From: an uncultured Gammaproteobacteria bacterium
GTDB lineage: Bacteria > Pseudomonadota > Gammaproteobacteria > Steroidobacterales > JBCBZW01
Direction: 5' to 3'
Assembly (NCBI GenBank): GCA_965369325.1
Contig: CBDUQI010000007.1
Coordinates: 92-64,091 of the forward strand
Length of the DNA stretch: 64,000 nucleotides
The stretch's first letter is position 1. Each line of letters begins with the position of its first letter. Below the pieces are notes generated by a model. The model had not been told where the DNA came from and searched no databases. It saw only the letters and a list, made by a program, of their open reading frames with translations. Both the position numbers and the translations under genes were made by a program. Below, in pieces: positions 36,693-46,388 of the stretch.

Positions 36693-38057
36693 GTGCCAAG
36701 CACCGAGTTTCTGGAGCGACACAACGCTCAACATCACTGGCATCCGATGGCTCACCCGGCAGAGATGCTGGCGAAACCGCCCATTGTCATTTCGAGCGCG
36801 AAAGGCGTCTGCGTGACCGACATGCATGGCAACACCGTGCTCGACGCAGTCGGTGGCTTGTGGAACGTCAACCTCGGCTATTCCTGCCAGCCGATCAAGG
36901 ACGCGATTTCGCGGCAGCTTCAAGAGCTGCCGTATTACTCATCGTTCCGGGGAACAACCACGGCGCCCACCGTTGAGCTTTCTGTAGCGTTGCGGGACTG
37001 GTTCGCGGACGACGGGCTCGTGCGGGCATTTTTCACTTCCGGCGGCTCGGATTCGGTTGAAACGGCCCTGCGTCTGGCGCGGCAATATCATCGCATCACG
37101 GGGCAGCCGGACAGAACGAAGTTCCTAAGCCTGCGCAACGGCTACCACGGTACCCACTTCGGCGCCGCGTCCGTAAATGGCAACGCCAAGTTCAGACGCA
37201 ATTACGAGCCCCTCCTGCCCGGATGCTTTCATATTCCAGCCCCTTGGACCTACCGGAACCCTTTCGAGGAATCCGATCCGGAGAAACTGGCTAACCTGTG
37301 CGCAAAGGCGCTGGAGGCCGAGATCGATTTTCAGGGCGACGATACGATCGCCGCCTTTATCATGGAGCCGGTGCTCGGGGCAGGCGGCGTGATCGTGCCA
37401 CACCCATCCTTTATGCCGCAGGTGCGGAAAATTTGCGACCGACATGGCATTCTGCTTATCGCGGACGAGGTGATTACCGCTTTCGGGCGCACCGGCGCGT
37501 GGACAGGCTCGCGACTATGGGGCGTCAATCCCGATATCGCATGTATCGCAAAAGGCGTCTCGAACGGCTACTTTCCCGTGGGCGCGACGATGATCTCTCA
37601 GCCGGTTGCCGAGGCGTTTGAGAGCAATAAAACCAGCACTGGGTCGATCGGGCATGGTTACACCTACTCGGCGCATCCCGTGGGGGCTGCGGCGGCGCTC
37701 GCGACCATCAAACAACTGACCGAATCCGATGTCGCGGCCAACGCGAAGGCGCGCGGCGCTGAGTTAATCCAGGCCTGCCAGCAATTGCAATCAACGCATC
37801 AGTGCATAGGCGACGTTCGCGGCCAGGGCTTGATGATCGGCCTTGAACTTGTCGCCGATCGTAAGAACAAGACGCCAGCGGACAAGGCGGTGATGGACAC
37901 GGTGTTTAAAGTGGCATACGAATCGGGGACGATGATTCGAATCTCCGGCAACACCATCATCCTGTCTCCACCTCTAATCATCACCGCGCAGGATGTGCAA
38001 CGCATTGCAGCATCGCTTGCCGCGGGTTTCCAGGCAGCCGAGGCATTAGGCGCGTAA
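36693..38057 (+). CDS. class-III (omega) PLP-dependent aminotransferase
   Basis: 454 aa. SGGSDSVETALRLAR, LIADEVITAFGRTG, PLP-Lys region CIAKGVSNGYFP. Confidence 0.9.
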   Translation: MPSTEFLERHNAQHHWHPMAHPAEMLAKPPIVISSAKGVCVTDMHGNTVLDAVGGLWNVNLGYSCQPIKDAISRQLQELPYYSSFRGTTTAPTVELSVALRDWFADDGLVRAFFTSGGSDSVETALRLARQYHRITGQPDRTKFLSLRNGYHGTHFGAASVNGNAKFRRNYEPLLPGCFHIPAPWTYRNPFEESDPEKLANLCAKALEAEIDFQGDDTIAAFIMEPVLGAGGVIVPHPSFMPQVRKICDRHGILLIADEVITAFGRTGAWTGSRLWGVNPDIACIAKGVSNGYFPVGATMISQPVAEAFESNKTSTGSIGHGYTYSAHPVGAAAALATIKQLTESDVAANAKARGAELIQACQQLQSTHQCIGDVRGQGLMIGLELVADRKNKTPADKAVMDTVFKVAYESGTMIRISGNTIILSPPLIITAQDVQRIAASLAAGFQAAEALGA

Positions 38058-38126
38058 CTGCACCAGCGCGGGCACATACAATTCGAAGAAACCAGGTCGG
38101 GGGATTTGGTGCGAGGGGAACAGCAT

Positions 38127-39299
38127 ATGACAACGACTGAAGAGCAGGACCACCTGTCTACCGTGCTCGCCGCGATCCTGGCCGTGGCCGTCTCGGGGAC
38201 CGCGATTACGGTTCAGCCCGGCATGGTGCAGGGCATGGTCTCATTACTTGATTTCAGCCCCGCCGATGCGGGGGCGGTGTCATCGTTCGAACTACTCGGC
38301 TTCGTCGGCGGCGCCATCGCGTTCGCCATCATTGGGAACCGAATTGACTGGTTCCGCGCAACGTTAGCAGGCGGCATCCTGATGGTCCTGATGAACATGC
38401 TTAGCATGTATCTGGATACCTACGCGCCGTTTGCGGCGGCGCGACTGGGCGCCGGCGTGGGTGCAGGTCTGGTGACCGGAATTGCGTGGGCCATACTGGC
38501 ACAGTCCACCAATCCCGCCCGCAACTTTGCTTGGGCAACGATGGGCATCATTGCCTTCAGCGCGCTCATGTTCTGGCAGCTACCGAATATTTTCGCCGGC
38601 GGTACCTACGATCACTTTCTCATGGTATTTTCCATCTGCGTGCTGGTCTCGCTCGGTGTGGCCTTCATCGCTGTCGAGTACAAGCGCGGCATCAGTGGCG
38701 CAACGGAACAGATTGGCCACGCGAGTGTTCCGGTCATGAGCGTTGTCGGGCTGATCAGCGTCACCTCGATCCTGATCTTCCATCTGGGCTATATGGCCGC
38801 GTATACCTACATGTCGTTGATCGGTGAGGCGAATGGCTTATCTGCCGAGAAGCAGATTGCCAGCGCGTTGGGCCTGTCGCAGTTGGCAGGCGTGGCGGGC
38901 GCATTCGCTGTCGCCTGGTTGGGCGAGAAAATCGGTTACCTGCGCTCGACTGCAATCGTCGTCATCCTTGGCGCCGTGGGCATCCTGGCGCTCACGGGCA
39001 GTCTGGACTATCCAAAATTCCTAACGCTTAACCTGGTGTTCCAGTTTTGCTGGAACAGTGGGATGCCCCTCATCCTGGGCATCGTGGCACTGGGCGATCG
39101 AACTGGGGGATTGATCAAAGTGGCAGTGCCCCTGCAGTTTGTGGGTATGTCGGCCGGCGCTGCGCTTGCCAGTCGCATCGTCGACAGCGGTGCGTCGTTC
39201 AATACAGTCCTTATGGTGGCAGCGGTGATCTCTGTGTTGTCTTTGCTCGCCATCGGGCCACTCGGTATGCGCATTCACAAGGATGCAGCGGCAGCCTAA
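38127..39299 (+). CDS. MFS transporter
   Basis: About 390 aa, 12 TM. Start moved to ATG 38127 after GAGGGG (track start is TTG 38106). Confidence 0.8.
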   Translation: MTTTEEQDHLSTVLAAILAVAVSGTAITVQPGMVQGMVSLLDFSPADAGAVSSFELLGFVGGAIAFAIIGNRIDWFRATLAGGILMVLMNMLSMYLDTYAPFAAARLGAGVGAGLVTGIAWAILAQSTNPARNFAWATMGIIAFSALMFWQLPNIFAGGTYDHFLMVFSICVLVSLGVAFIAVEYKRGISGATEQIGHASVPVMSVVGLISVTSILIFHLGYMAAYTYMSLIGEANGLSAEKQIASALGLSQLAGVAGAFAVAWLGEKIGYLRSTAIVVILGAVGILALTGSLDYPKFLTLNLVFQFCWNSGMPLILGIVALGDRTGGLIKVAVPLQFVGMSAGAALASRIVDSGASFNTVLMVAAVISVLSLLAIGPLGMRIHKDAAAA

Positions 39300-39301
39300 C
39301 G

Positions 39302-41773
39302 TTGAGCGTAAACACAGCACTACCCGCGAAGGCTCGCGTCGTAATCATCGGCGGCGGCATTATCGGGCTGTCAACGCTGTACCACTTGGCCAAGAAAGGC
39401 GTGAGCGATGTCGTGTTGCTGGAACGCAAGGCCATCGCCTCGGGTACCACCTGGCATGCCGCTGGCATTGTCGGCCAACTGCGCGATTCGAAGGCACAAA
39501 CGGAGCAATGCAAGTACACGACGCGATTGTTTCGCGAGCTGGAGCAGGAGACCGGACAGGCGACCGGGTACAAGCAAAATGGCACTTTGCACTATGCGCT
39601 TTCCGACGTGCGCATGGAGCAGCTAAAACGCAATCACACCCATGCGCAAAGAATGGGCATCAAGAGTCAGCTACTGTCGGTCGAGGCGCTTAGCGAGCGC
39701 TGGCCACTGCTCGACACCGCAGGTGTACTGGGCGGATTCGTGGTCCCCTCAAACGGGCAAGTCAACGCGTTGGATGTCGCCCAGGCGCTAAGAATCGGCG
39801 CCCGCCAGATGGGTGCACAGGTATTCGAGCAGACCCTGGTCTGCGGGCTCGCGACAAAGGACGGCAGGGTCACTGCGGTCGAAACCGATAACGGCGCCAT
39901 CGCCACCGACAAGGTGTTGCTGGCCAGCGGAATGTGGACGCAGGAATTCGCCAAACGCCACGGCGTAACGGTACCGTTGCATGCGGCGGAACACACTTAT
40001 GTGGTCACCGAGCCGATTGCCGGGCTGCCTAGGGACTTGCCGGTCCTGGTAGGTTCTGAAGATCGAATCTACTTTAAGGAAGATGCAGGAAAGCTGCTTA
40101 TCGGCGCATTCGAAGCACGCGGCAAGGCCTGGGGGCAAGCGGGCATTCCGGACGGATTTGAGTTTGACGAGCTGCCCTACGACATCGAGCACAACGAAAA
40201 TATTCTCAATACTATGCTCGCGCGCCTCCCGGTGCTGAACGAATTCGGTGTGCGTACATTCTTCTGTGGCCCGGAGAGCTTCACAGCGGACGGTCGCCCC
40301 ATCATGGGCCCCGCGCCCGAACTCGACGGCCTCTGGATCGCCGCCGGCATGAACTCAAATGGCATCCTGCTATCCGGCGGCGTCGGCTTGACGATGGCGC
40401 ACTGGATCGTTGACGGCGAGCCCGGCAGCAGCATGGCACCCGTGCTGACATCGCGCTCGCACTTCTTCCAATCCAACCGGCGCTACCTGGCTGAGAGAGT
40501 GACCGAGTCGATTGGTTTTCATTACGGGCTGGCCTGGCCGGGGCGTCAGATACAGACCGCACGCGGAGTACGGCGGGTGCCGCTGCATGCGCAGCTTCAG
40601 AGGGCCGGCGCCAAGTTTGCGGAGAGAAGCGGTTGGGAAATTCCGATGTACTTCGATAAGGCCAGTGACGCATGGCCCACGAAGCCATCAATAGGTCGCC
40701 AGGCATGGGCGCGCGAAGTTGAGGCTGAGTGCTTGGCTGCGCGGGATGGCGCCGTCATTGCAGATCAGTCGATGTACGCGAAGATCGTGGTGCAAGGGCC
40801 GGATGCGGTCCGGGCGCTCGATCGGGTCTGCGGTGCGAACCTGTCCGTGCCCGTCGGGCGATCCGTCTATACGCAGTTCCTCAACCGGCGCGGTGGAATC
40901 GAGGCCGATGTTACTATCACCCGGCTCGCGCCGACGAAGTACATCGTCCTCACGGGGCATCCGAGCCAAACGCGGGATCAGGCCTGGATCAGGCAACACG
41001 CCGATAGCGCCTGGCGGTTCGAGATATTCGATGCGACCTCCGCATTCGCGCTACTCACCCTGCACGGACCCGCCTCGCGCGCTATCCTTCAAACGCTTTC
41101 TGACGATGATTTGTCCGCCGATGCATTTGCCTTCGGCGCGGCGCGTGAGATTGACGTGGGCTACGCACGCAGTTGGGCTATCCGCCGCTCATTTATCGGC
41201 GAGTTGGGCTATGAGTTGCTCATGCCAACGGAGTTCTGCGCGCAGGTCTACGAGCAGATACAGGAGGTGGGCGCGGATCGGGGACTCAGGCACTGCGGAC
41301 TCTTCGCCATTAACCACTGTCGAATGGAAAAGGCCTTCCGCCATTTCGGCCACGATATCGGCGAAGACGACACGCCGTTCGAGACCGGACTGGGCTTCGC
41401 CGTAGATCTGGACAAGCCGGAACAGTTCCTAGGCAAGGCGGCGCTGAAGGCACAGACGGCAAGCGGACGGGCGACAAAGCACCGCACGCTAAGCATCGCG
41501 TTAACGGATGCCGATCCCGTCCGTGGACCGTTCCTGATTCACAACGAAGTGATCAAGAAAGACGGCGCCATCGTCGGACATGTCACCTCCGGTGCTTGGG
41601 GGTATCGGACAGGAAAATCACTCGGCCTCGCGTCCGTGCACAACGAATCAGGCGTCAGCAAGGCATGGATCGACGAAGGCGGTTTTGCCGTCGTGGTGGC
41701 AGGCCAATCGTACGCCATCGACGTACAACTGGGCCCGTTCTACGATCCCACAGGCGAACGAATGCGCGGCTAG
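39302..41773 (+). CDS. FAD-dependent oxidoreductase of the dimethylglycine/sarcosine dehydrogenase family (DAO domain + GcvT-like folate-binding domain)
   Basis: Dinucleotide fold VVIIGGGIIGLSTLYHLAKKG. C-terminal aminomethyltransferase-like region (GELGYELLMP...). The track ORF starts at 39047 inside the MFS gene. The in-frame TTG 39302, right after the MFS stop, is preferred. Confidence 0.85.
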   Translation: MSVNTALPAKARVVIIGGGIIGLSTLYHLAKKGVSDVVLLERKAIASGTTWHAAGIVGQLRDSKAQTEQCKYTTRLFRELEQETGQATGYKQNGTLHYALSDVRMEQLKRNHTHAQRMGIKSQLLSVEALSERWPLLDTAGVLGGFVVPSNGQVNALDVAQALRIGARQMGAQVFEQTLVCGLATKDGRVTAVETDNGAIATDKVLLASGMWTQEFAKRHGVTVPLHAAEHTYVVTEPIAGLPRDLPVLVGSEDRIYFKEDAGKLLIGAFEARGKAWGQAGIPDGFEFDELPYDIEHNENILNTMLARLPVLNEFGVRTFFCGPESFTADGRPIMGPAPELDGLWIAAGMNSNGILLSGGVGLTMAHWIVDGEPGSSMAPVLTSRSHFFQSNRRYLAERVTESIGFHYGLAWPGRQIQTARGVRRVPLHAQLQRAGAKFAERSGWEIPMYFDKASDAWPTKPSIGRQAWAREVEAECLAARDGAVIADQSMYAKIVVQGPDAVRALDRVCGANLSVPVGRSVYTQFLNRRGGIEADVTITRLAPTKYIVLTGHPSQTRDQAWIRQHADSAWRFEIFDATSAFALLTLHGPASRAILQTLSDDDLSADAFAFGAAREIDVGYARSWAIRRSFIGELGYELLMPTEFCAQVYEQIQEVGADRGLRHCGLFAINHCRMEKAFRHFGHDIGEDDTPFETGLGFAVDLDKPEQFLGKAALKAQTASGRATKHRTLSIALTDADPVRGPFLIHNEVIKKDGAIVGHVTSGAWGYRTGKSLGLASVHNESGVSKAWIDEGGFAVVVAGQSYAIDVQLGPFYDPTGERMRG

Positions 41774-41834
41774 ACACGCTGGCAGGCTGATTAAACAGCC
41801 ACGCGATTGCCGCGGCACACGGCCTTTGGTGGAT

Positions 41835-43484
41835 CTAGCGCCGGGTTTCTCGCGTATCTTCTGCGTTTGGTACTGCCACGCCGCGGATCACCAGCTTGGC
41901 GAAGGCCTCCGGCCCATTGAGTATGTTCGCCACGCCGCCTATGATCAACGGGCGCATTGATCCGCTGGCCTCAGTTGCTAGCACGTCTAGCCCGAAGAAC
42001 CCGGGCGGACCGGTAAATGCGAGATGGAACGGTTCCACGGCGGTGGCTGATGGGCCTAAAATGAACTCCCCTTCCGGCGTTACCACGATACCGCTACCGT
42101 CTCCAATGTCTACCACCGCCAAACCCTCGAACGGGAACCAGTCATATCCACCCGCTAAGTTGTTGGCGAACGCTGCCAAGCCACCGCCGCTGTTCACGAA
42201 GTCTATGATGTCAGCGCCCCGAAGGTTGATCTCTGCGAGATCAGCGGGGCTGAGTCCGCCGCCGACATCCGCTGTAGCGGTCGGCATGTAGATGGCATCG
42301 TAAGGCGTTGTACCCGGAGTCAAATCGACATTAGCAATGCTGGCCCCCGAGAACTGGGTTAGGGTGAACCCCAGCGGCGACATGATGCTGGCGGCTTCAT
42401 TGCCCAGGCTAGAACTCCCTCCCAGCATGACAATCTGGGAAGGCGTCGCGTGCAAGACGGAGTTCAAGACCACGAAATTCAAGATGTCCCGGATCATCTC
42501 GTCTCCGGCGGTCCCGTGATCTTCAGGATCCATTCCAGAGAGGATGATCGGACCAAGTGCCCCGCCCCCTTCGCTCAATCGAATAATGCCGACGTCTGTA
42601 ATACCGCTAGGTATCGGCGGCACCTCAACACTGCTTCCGACTAACTGTTGTTGGTCTACGACGATGCTCGCGCGCACGATCAACGAGTCGGTAATGGTGC
42701 TAGCGACGTCCGGCAGGGTGAACGATCCGTCGACATTGCTTGTGGTTTCGTTGGGCAGGCCAAACACAGAAATCGCTGCGCCTTCGGCCGGTGTGCCATC
42801 CTCAAATTCCACGAAACCCTCGATCTGCGTCAGCGGATCGTCCGGCACGACCGTCAACTGTGCGACTGACGTCGCTCCCTCGTTAACAGCTGTCACGAAG
42901 GCAGTACCCCGGCCCTGGGCTGTCGCCAGGCCGTTCGCGCTTACATCGATCACCTGCGGATTGCTGGTGCGATATACGGACCATGCGCTCGCCGCAGTCA
43001 CATCTTGATTGCTGCCGTCGGCGAGAATTGCCTCTACCGTCAGCTGCGTCGTCTCGCCAACAGCTGTCAGCACCGAGAGCTCGCCGGGCGCGACATCGAT
43101 ATCGATCGAGACGGGAAACGGTGGGGGTGTCTGAGTCAGGGTGAGGCGGTCGATGATGAACGTCTCACCTTGTGTGATCTGAAAAGGGTCGCTGAAGGCC
43201 CATTCAGTGATGCCATCGACCGTGCGTGTGGCGACTACGCGAATAAAATCGTCACCCAAAAAGTCGGGCGGAGTGCCCGGGCCACCTGCTCCGAAGTCGT
43301 CTGGTGACGCGACGTTCGCGAGCGTAAACCCACCTCCTGGTTCGACTTGGACGGTCTGACCGTTCACGGTAACCATCCAGGTTTCGTCCAATTGTTGCGC
43401 ATGCGCAGAACACCCGGCAAGGCAAGCCAGCACGGCGATCGAGTTGAAGAACCTCCTGGCCCTACTGCGGGGGTTACGCCACAT
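41835..43484 (-). CDS. exported lipoprotein with Big_2 Ig-like and carboxypeptidase-regulatory-like domains plus an unassigned C-terminal domain
   Basis: The track ORF reaches 43553. ATG 43484 gives MWRNPRSRARRFFNSIAVLACLAGC, with lipobox LAGC. Big_2-like SAWSVYRTSNPQVIDVSANGLATAQGRGTAFVTAV. CarbopepD_reg-like IEGFVEFEDGTPAEGAAISVFG. Confidence 0.6.
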   Translation of the reverse strand: MWRNPRSRARRFFNSIAVLACLAGCSAHAQQLDETWMVTVNGQTVQVEPGGGFTLANVASPDDFGAGGPGTPPDFLGDDFIRVVATRTVDGITEWAFSDPFQITQGETFIIDRLTLTQTPPPFPVSIDIDVAPGELSVLTAVGETTQLTVEAILADGSNQDVTAASAWSVYRTSNPQVIDVSANGLATAQGRGTAFVTAVNEGATSVAQLTVVPDDPLTQIEGFVEFEDGTPAEGAAISVFGLPNETTSNVDGSFTLPDVASTITDSLIVRASIVVDQQQLVGSSVEVPPIPSGITDVGIIRLSEGGGALGPIILSGMDPEDHGTAGDEMIRDILNFVVLNSVLHATPSQIVMLGGSSSLGNEAASIMSPLGFTLTQFSGASIANVDLTPGTTPYDAIYMPTATADVGGGLSPADLAEINLRGADIIDFVNSGGGLAAFANNLAGGYDWFPFEGLAVVDIGDGSGIVVTPEGEFILGPSATAVEPFHLAFTGPPGFFGLDVLATEASGSMRPLIIGGVANILNGPEAFAKLVIRGVAVPNAEDTRETRR

Positions 43485-43521
43485 CGGTATTGCCTCCTGC
43501 GCTGCTTGCGCGGCCTGCTGA

Positions 43522-44127
43522 TTAGTGCTGTTTCGGTCCTGCATACCGGTCACCCAACGCGATGGCTATTTTCAGAACATTGGATTTGAGTAAATCCACC
43601 GAGTACTTTCCGTCCAAGTAGGAGACCATCGGCAATGTCACCTGGATCTCGTAGTTGCCATCAGGTAGCGGCTCGGCTGAGGTATCGAATGGCGGACACC
43701 CCATCGTTAGTTGCCAGTTGTTTTCGCCTCTCGCCAGCACATCGAACGTACGATTGGAGGTGGACGGCAATCCGTCAGCCCGGTTGATTTTCGCTCTCGC
43801 CATCGGGGTGCTGAAGACAACCTCTCCGGTCGCGTTCCAAACCTGCAGCAGCAGCGGCGGGTCGGCATCATAGGTGGTGACCTCTACGTCCGTTGCGCTA
43901 GGGTTGATCAACGAAGCCCGCAGCCGCAGCGTTCGACCTTCTGCTTCCGAGGTTTCCTCGGCGTCCAGGTTCAGTTTCAATTCGCTCGCTCCTGCGGCAC
44001 CGGGTCGCGTCAAGGGATCTGCCGCCACCGTGTGTGCGCCTAGAATGATGCCAATGCATAGCACCGACTCTGCTAACAACTTGATTGCGGCGCGCCCGCT
44101 TGGTGCTTTGATTCGCATCGGGATCAT
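43522..44127 (-). CDS. exported protein of unknown function (possible single beta-sandwich domain)
   Basis: The track ORF reaches 44172. ATG 44127 (MIPMRIKAPSGRAAIKLLAESVLCIGIILGAHTVAA) gives a signal peptide. The segment LRLRASLINPSATDVEVTTYDADPPLLLQVWNATGEVVF weakly recalls BsuPI-type inhibitor folds. Confidence 0.5.
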   Translation of the reverse strand: MIPMRIKAPSGRAAIKLLAESVLCIGIILGAHTVAADPLTRPGAAGASELKLNLDAEETSEAEGRTLRLRASLINPSATDVEVTTYDADPPLLLQVWNATGEVVFSTPMARAKINRADGLPSTSNRTFDVLARGENNWQLTMGCPPFDTSAEPLPDGNYEIQVTLPMVSYLDGKYSVDLLKSNVLKIAIALGDRYAGPKQH

Positions 44128-44150
44128 TCTCAGTACCTTACCAATATTTG

Positions 44151-46388
44151 CTACGGTGGACATGCAGCCCACCCCTGGGTAGCGGCCAGCATCTGAATCT
44201 GCACGACAATCGGATCGACAACAGCTCGCTCCGCTGCATCCGTGTTCGCGTTAGGATCCGGAATCGCGAAAAATACCGTCCGAGCGTCCGTGTTCGCGGT
44301 GGTAATCGCAGTGCCATATTGTGAGAGGCCTATGATCTCCGTGCGTGCCTGGGTAGCGGTTTTCCCCGCCGTGTGCTCGACTGTCAGCGCTTCAATAGTA
44401 CTCTTCATCGTGGCAAATTCCGGGTTCAATGAGTCCTCCCATTCTTGCACATGTACTTGCTCGTGCGCCTCGACCGCCGCGAGTACATACCACGAAGAGC
44501 CGCCCAATGCATTCAGGTCTGCGATCATTTGGCAGTGATTGGCTTCCGTTGCCACGCCTACTGACGCTTCCCTTACGCCGGGCAACAGTTGAGCTCCAAT
44601 ATCGTAAGTGCTGTCCGCAAGTACGACTTTGGGTTTCCATTTCTTAGTGGCACAATCGAAGTAGGCCTCGATGTCGACATCGGTGAACGGATCGGGCCTC
44701 ATGATGCCCCAGTTACTGCCGGGGGAGATTCGCATGTCTTCTGCGTAAGTCACTGCGGTGACTTCGCCTGATGGCGGCTGCGATCCCACGCAGACGGTTT
44801 GCTCCCCGACCACTAGTGGCGACGGCGGGCAGTCACGTTCGACCTCGGCGGTGAAGCGACATACATAGTCGCCAAATTCATTCGCGTCAACCGTCAGGGA
44901 GTCGCCGTCACCGCTCCGAGAGCTAAACGGCTCCATCAAATCGTACGCATATGTCACCGTGGCTGGGGCGACCGGCTCGGTGGACCCACCCTGCTGTCCG
45001 CCCGGACACTCCACTTCTTTCGTCCCGCCACTGTCCGTGACACCCGATACCGAGCAAGTGAAGGTATCGCCCAGCATCGGCATCGGATCGTCGACGCTGA
45101 CGGACCCGCCGGACAAGCTCCCGTTATCGGTGCAGGTGATATTTTCGACACAGCAGTCGGCGGAGACTGAGTAGGGCGGGCAGTTGCATCCCCAGCCGGA
45201 TACGGACAATCCAGTGCCTGGATCGGAACTGATGCTGGACCCATCGGTGCTGACGCTGCCTGAAGCAACAATCTCGAACCGGTTGGTTTGGTGATCAAAC
45301 GACAAGAAGTAGGCGACCGACCCTGGCGCCAAACCGCTCATGTTTGGGTAGGTCACTTCTATCGGCGGGTCAAAGCGTGCACCGGCGGGCTGCAGCGTCC
45401 AGGCAAACGGTGGCGCCGCGCCGTCGGGCATAGGCATCGGGACATTATCGAAATGCACCTGATTGAGCGATAAGATCGCAGGGGCGGCCGGGCTCGGGGA
45501 ACTGCCGTCGGCGAGCGTCATTGAACCAGCGCGCACCAGCATCTGCAGCCCGTCGATTCCATCGACACCAAGTATCGTATCGGTAGTATTGTCAAAATTG
45601 GTTGCATTTGTCGGATCCAAGCGAGGCAACAATACCGGAGCAGGGAGCGTGTTGTCCGCATTGGGCACCACCACCGTGTCGAGACCGAGCGCTGGAAAAC
45701 TCCCGGGGAGGACGGGCTCGCCGTCAACGGCGGTGGCCACCAGGCCGTCCACGTGTACTTTTGCCGCGCCATCGGGGATGTCCAGAAATTCAAATTGTCC
45801 CTGCCGATCGGTTTGCGTGGCGGCCAACGCTTGCCCAGCAACAGTAGCCGTCACCGACGCCCCTTCGATTGGCCGGTTGCCGTTGTCGAGAACCAAGCCC
45901 GCGAGCCGAGTCTCCATATCTTCCTGGCGTTCCAAGCCGAATGCAGTGAATGTCGCGGGAACGCCGGTAAATCCAGGGAACGTCGCGCGTACACGATGAT
46001 TGCCTTGATTAGGACCCAAGGTGAACGCAACTTCGGCGTGCCCCGTGGCGGATGTCGGCACAGTGACCTCGTCCAAAGCATCAACGTTGCCGCCGCCGGT
46101 AACGACGCCAAAAGTGACCGCAACACCCGACACTCCGTTGCGGCCGTCGCTAACCCATACGCGCAACGGTGAAGACAGCGGTGAGGAAACCTCACCACGT
46201 TGGTTTTCACCTGCCCCGATGTTGATCTGAGTCGGCGGGCCGGAAAACGCTGATGAGAAAAATGTCGCGCTGCCAGCAACATCCCGCGAAGTGGCGATCA
46301 CCCGGTTGTTGCCCGAGCCGGCGTCACTGCCGACACGCAGGTACGCTCGGGCCTCGCCAGAGGCGTCCGTGCGCTGTTGAAATAGCAT
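44151..46388 (-). CDS. C-terminal 745-aa portion of a giant exported Ig-like repeat protein (see frameshift finding)
   Basis: No signal peptide of its own. Invasin/Big_1-like repeats at the N-terminus (TDASGEARAYLRVGSDAGSGNNRVIATS, VTFGVVTGGGNVD...), a carboxypeptidase-regulatory-like unit, a Cys-rich segment (GWGCNCPPYSVSADCCVENITC), and one HEQVH motif near the C-terminus. Confidence 0.6.
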   Translation of the reverse strand: MLFQQRTDASGEARAYLRVGSDAGSGNNRVIATSRDVAGSATFFSSAFSGPPTQINIGAGENQRGEVSSPLSSPLRVWVSDGRNGVSGVAVTFGVVTGGGNVDALDEVTVPTSATGHAEVAFTLGPNQGNHRVRATFPGFTGVPATFTAFGLERQEDMETRLAGLVLDNGNRPIEGASVTATVAGQALAATQTDRQGQFEFLDIPDGAAKVHVDGLVATAVDGEPVLPGSFPALGLDTVVVPNADNTLPAPVLLPRLDPTNATNFDNTTDTILGVDGIDGLQMLVRAGSMTLADGSSPSPAAPAILSLNQVHFDNVPMPMPDGAAPPFAWTLQPAGARFDPPIEVTYPNMSGLAPGSVAYFLSFDHQTNRFEIVASGSVSTDGSSISSDPGTGLSVSGWGCNCPPYSVSADCCVENITCTDNGSLSGGSVSVDDPMPMLGDTFTCSVSGVTDSGGTKEVECPGGQQGGSTEPVAPATVTYAYDLMEPFSSRSGDGDSLTVDANEFGDYVCRFTAEVERDCPPSPLVVGEQTVCVGSQPPSGEVTAVTYAEDMRISPGSNWGIMRPDPFTDVDIEAYFDCATKKWKPKVVLADSTYDIGAQLLPGVREASVGVATEANHCQMIADLNALGGSSWYVLAAVEAHEQVHVQEWEDSLNPEFATMKSTIEALTVEHTAGKTATQARTEIIGLSQYGTAITTANTDARTVFFAIPDPNANTDAAERAVVDPIVVQIQMLAATQGWAACPP

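Noticed and set aside
39047-39301. N-terminal 85-codon extension of the 908-aa ORF, overlapping the end of the MFS gene.
   Set aside because: The extension has no FAD-enzyme similarity (Arg/Gly/Cys-rich) and overlaps a well-supported TM-rich frame. The Rossmann motif begins right after the in-frame TTG at 39302, immediately downstream of the MFS stop.
44390-44450. HEQVH (HExxH) motif in the C-terminal region of the giant Ig-like protein, suggesting a zinc metalloprotease.
   Set aside because: It is a single pentapeptide without a recognisable third-ligand context (no HExxHxxGxxH, and no clear downstream Glu motif I can align). It is kept only as a side note in the operon finding, not called as a protease.
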